From Basidiobolus meristosporus CBS 931.73 (taxonomy: Eukaryota > Fungi > Basidiobolomycota): DNA of 64,000 bases. The translations under genes were made by a program, and so were the position numbers. How positions within the stretch are numbered: the stretch's first letter is position 1; each line of letters begins with the position of its first letter. Shown here one piece after another: positions 63,807-64,000 of this stretch. The DNA lies in contig MCFE01000020.1 in NCBI GenBank assembly GCA_002104905.1, positions 124,001 to 188,000 of the forward strand, given 5' to 3'. Under the pieces are notes generated by a model, which was not told the origin of the DNA, did no database searches, and saw nothing but the letters and a program-made list of their open reading frames with translations.

Positions 63807-64000
63807 TGCTGTAATTATTAAGTTGTCACCAAAATACTCATGCAAATTAGTCATATAAATCTTATTCTTTGATTAGCATTCTGACCTGACCAAATTTCTT
63901 GTTGCGATTTACTTGGAATATTTTCACCAAATTATCAGGTACCCAGATTGTGATCTTTCTCAAAGTTGTCCAAAAGCCCCCAAACTTTGCACACATATTC
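63807..64000 (+). repeat. Diverged Copia-1-like LTR (runs off window end)
   Basis: 63880-64000 aligns with 5300-5420 (ggtacccag...caaagttgtcc...caaactttgcacaca); left boundary TGCTGTAA is tentative. Confidence 0.65.

Noticed and set aside
1-64000. Classical CpA-directed RIP
   Set aside because: Differences between duplicates are dominated by CG to TG/CA, and TpA is not obviously inflated; a formal index was not computed.

Overview
Eukaryotic DNA, probably from a TE-rich fungus (inferred from element clades and a yeast-type tRNA-iMet PBS). I see no host gene. The 64 kb is essentially one nest of decayed transposable elements with strong CpG depletion. Contents: two Ty1/copia families (Copia-1: four internal copies/fragments, a solo LTR and a diverged LTR; Copia-2: two full-length copies with 5-bp TSDs); two Ty3/gypsy families plus a related solo LTR (Gypsy-1: 368-bp LTRs; Gypsy-2: ~1.07-kb LTRs, tRNA-Lys PBS, 4-bp TSDs, four solo LTRs); at least five copies/fragments of a CACTA/CMC-type (Tnp2) DNA transposon whose termini read CCCTA, plus a ~284-bp mini derivative; and a PIF/Harbinger-type (DDE_Tnp_4) family with AGACTTGTTCC termini and ANT targets, including a self-duplicated copy and a 734-bp foldback MITE. 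All coding regions are interrupted. Nesting reaches six levels. Most notable: apparent CpG-centred target sites of the Gypsy-2 LTRs, the CCCTA family's divergently transcribed unknown ORF, and the Harbinger self-insertion/foldback set. Family names are my working labels; all boundaries and counts were read by hand.
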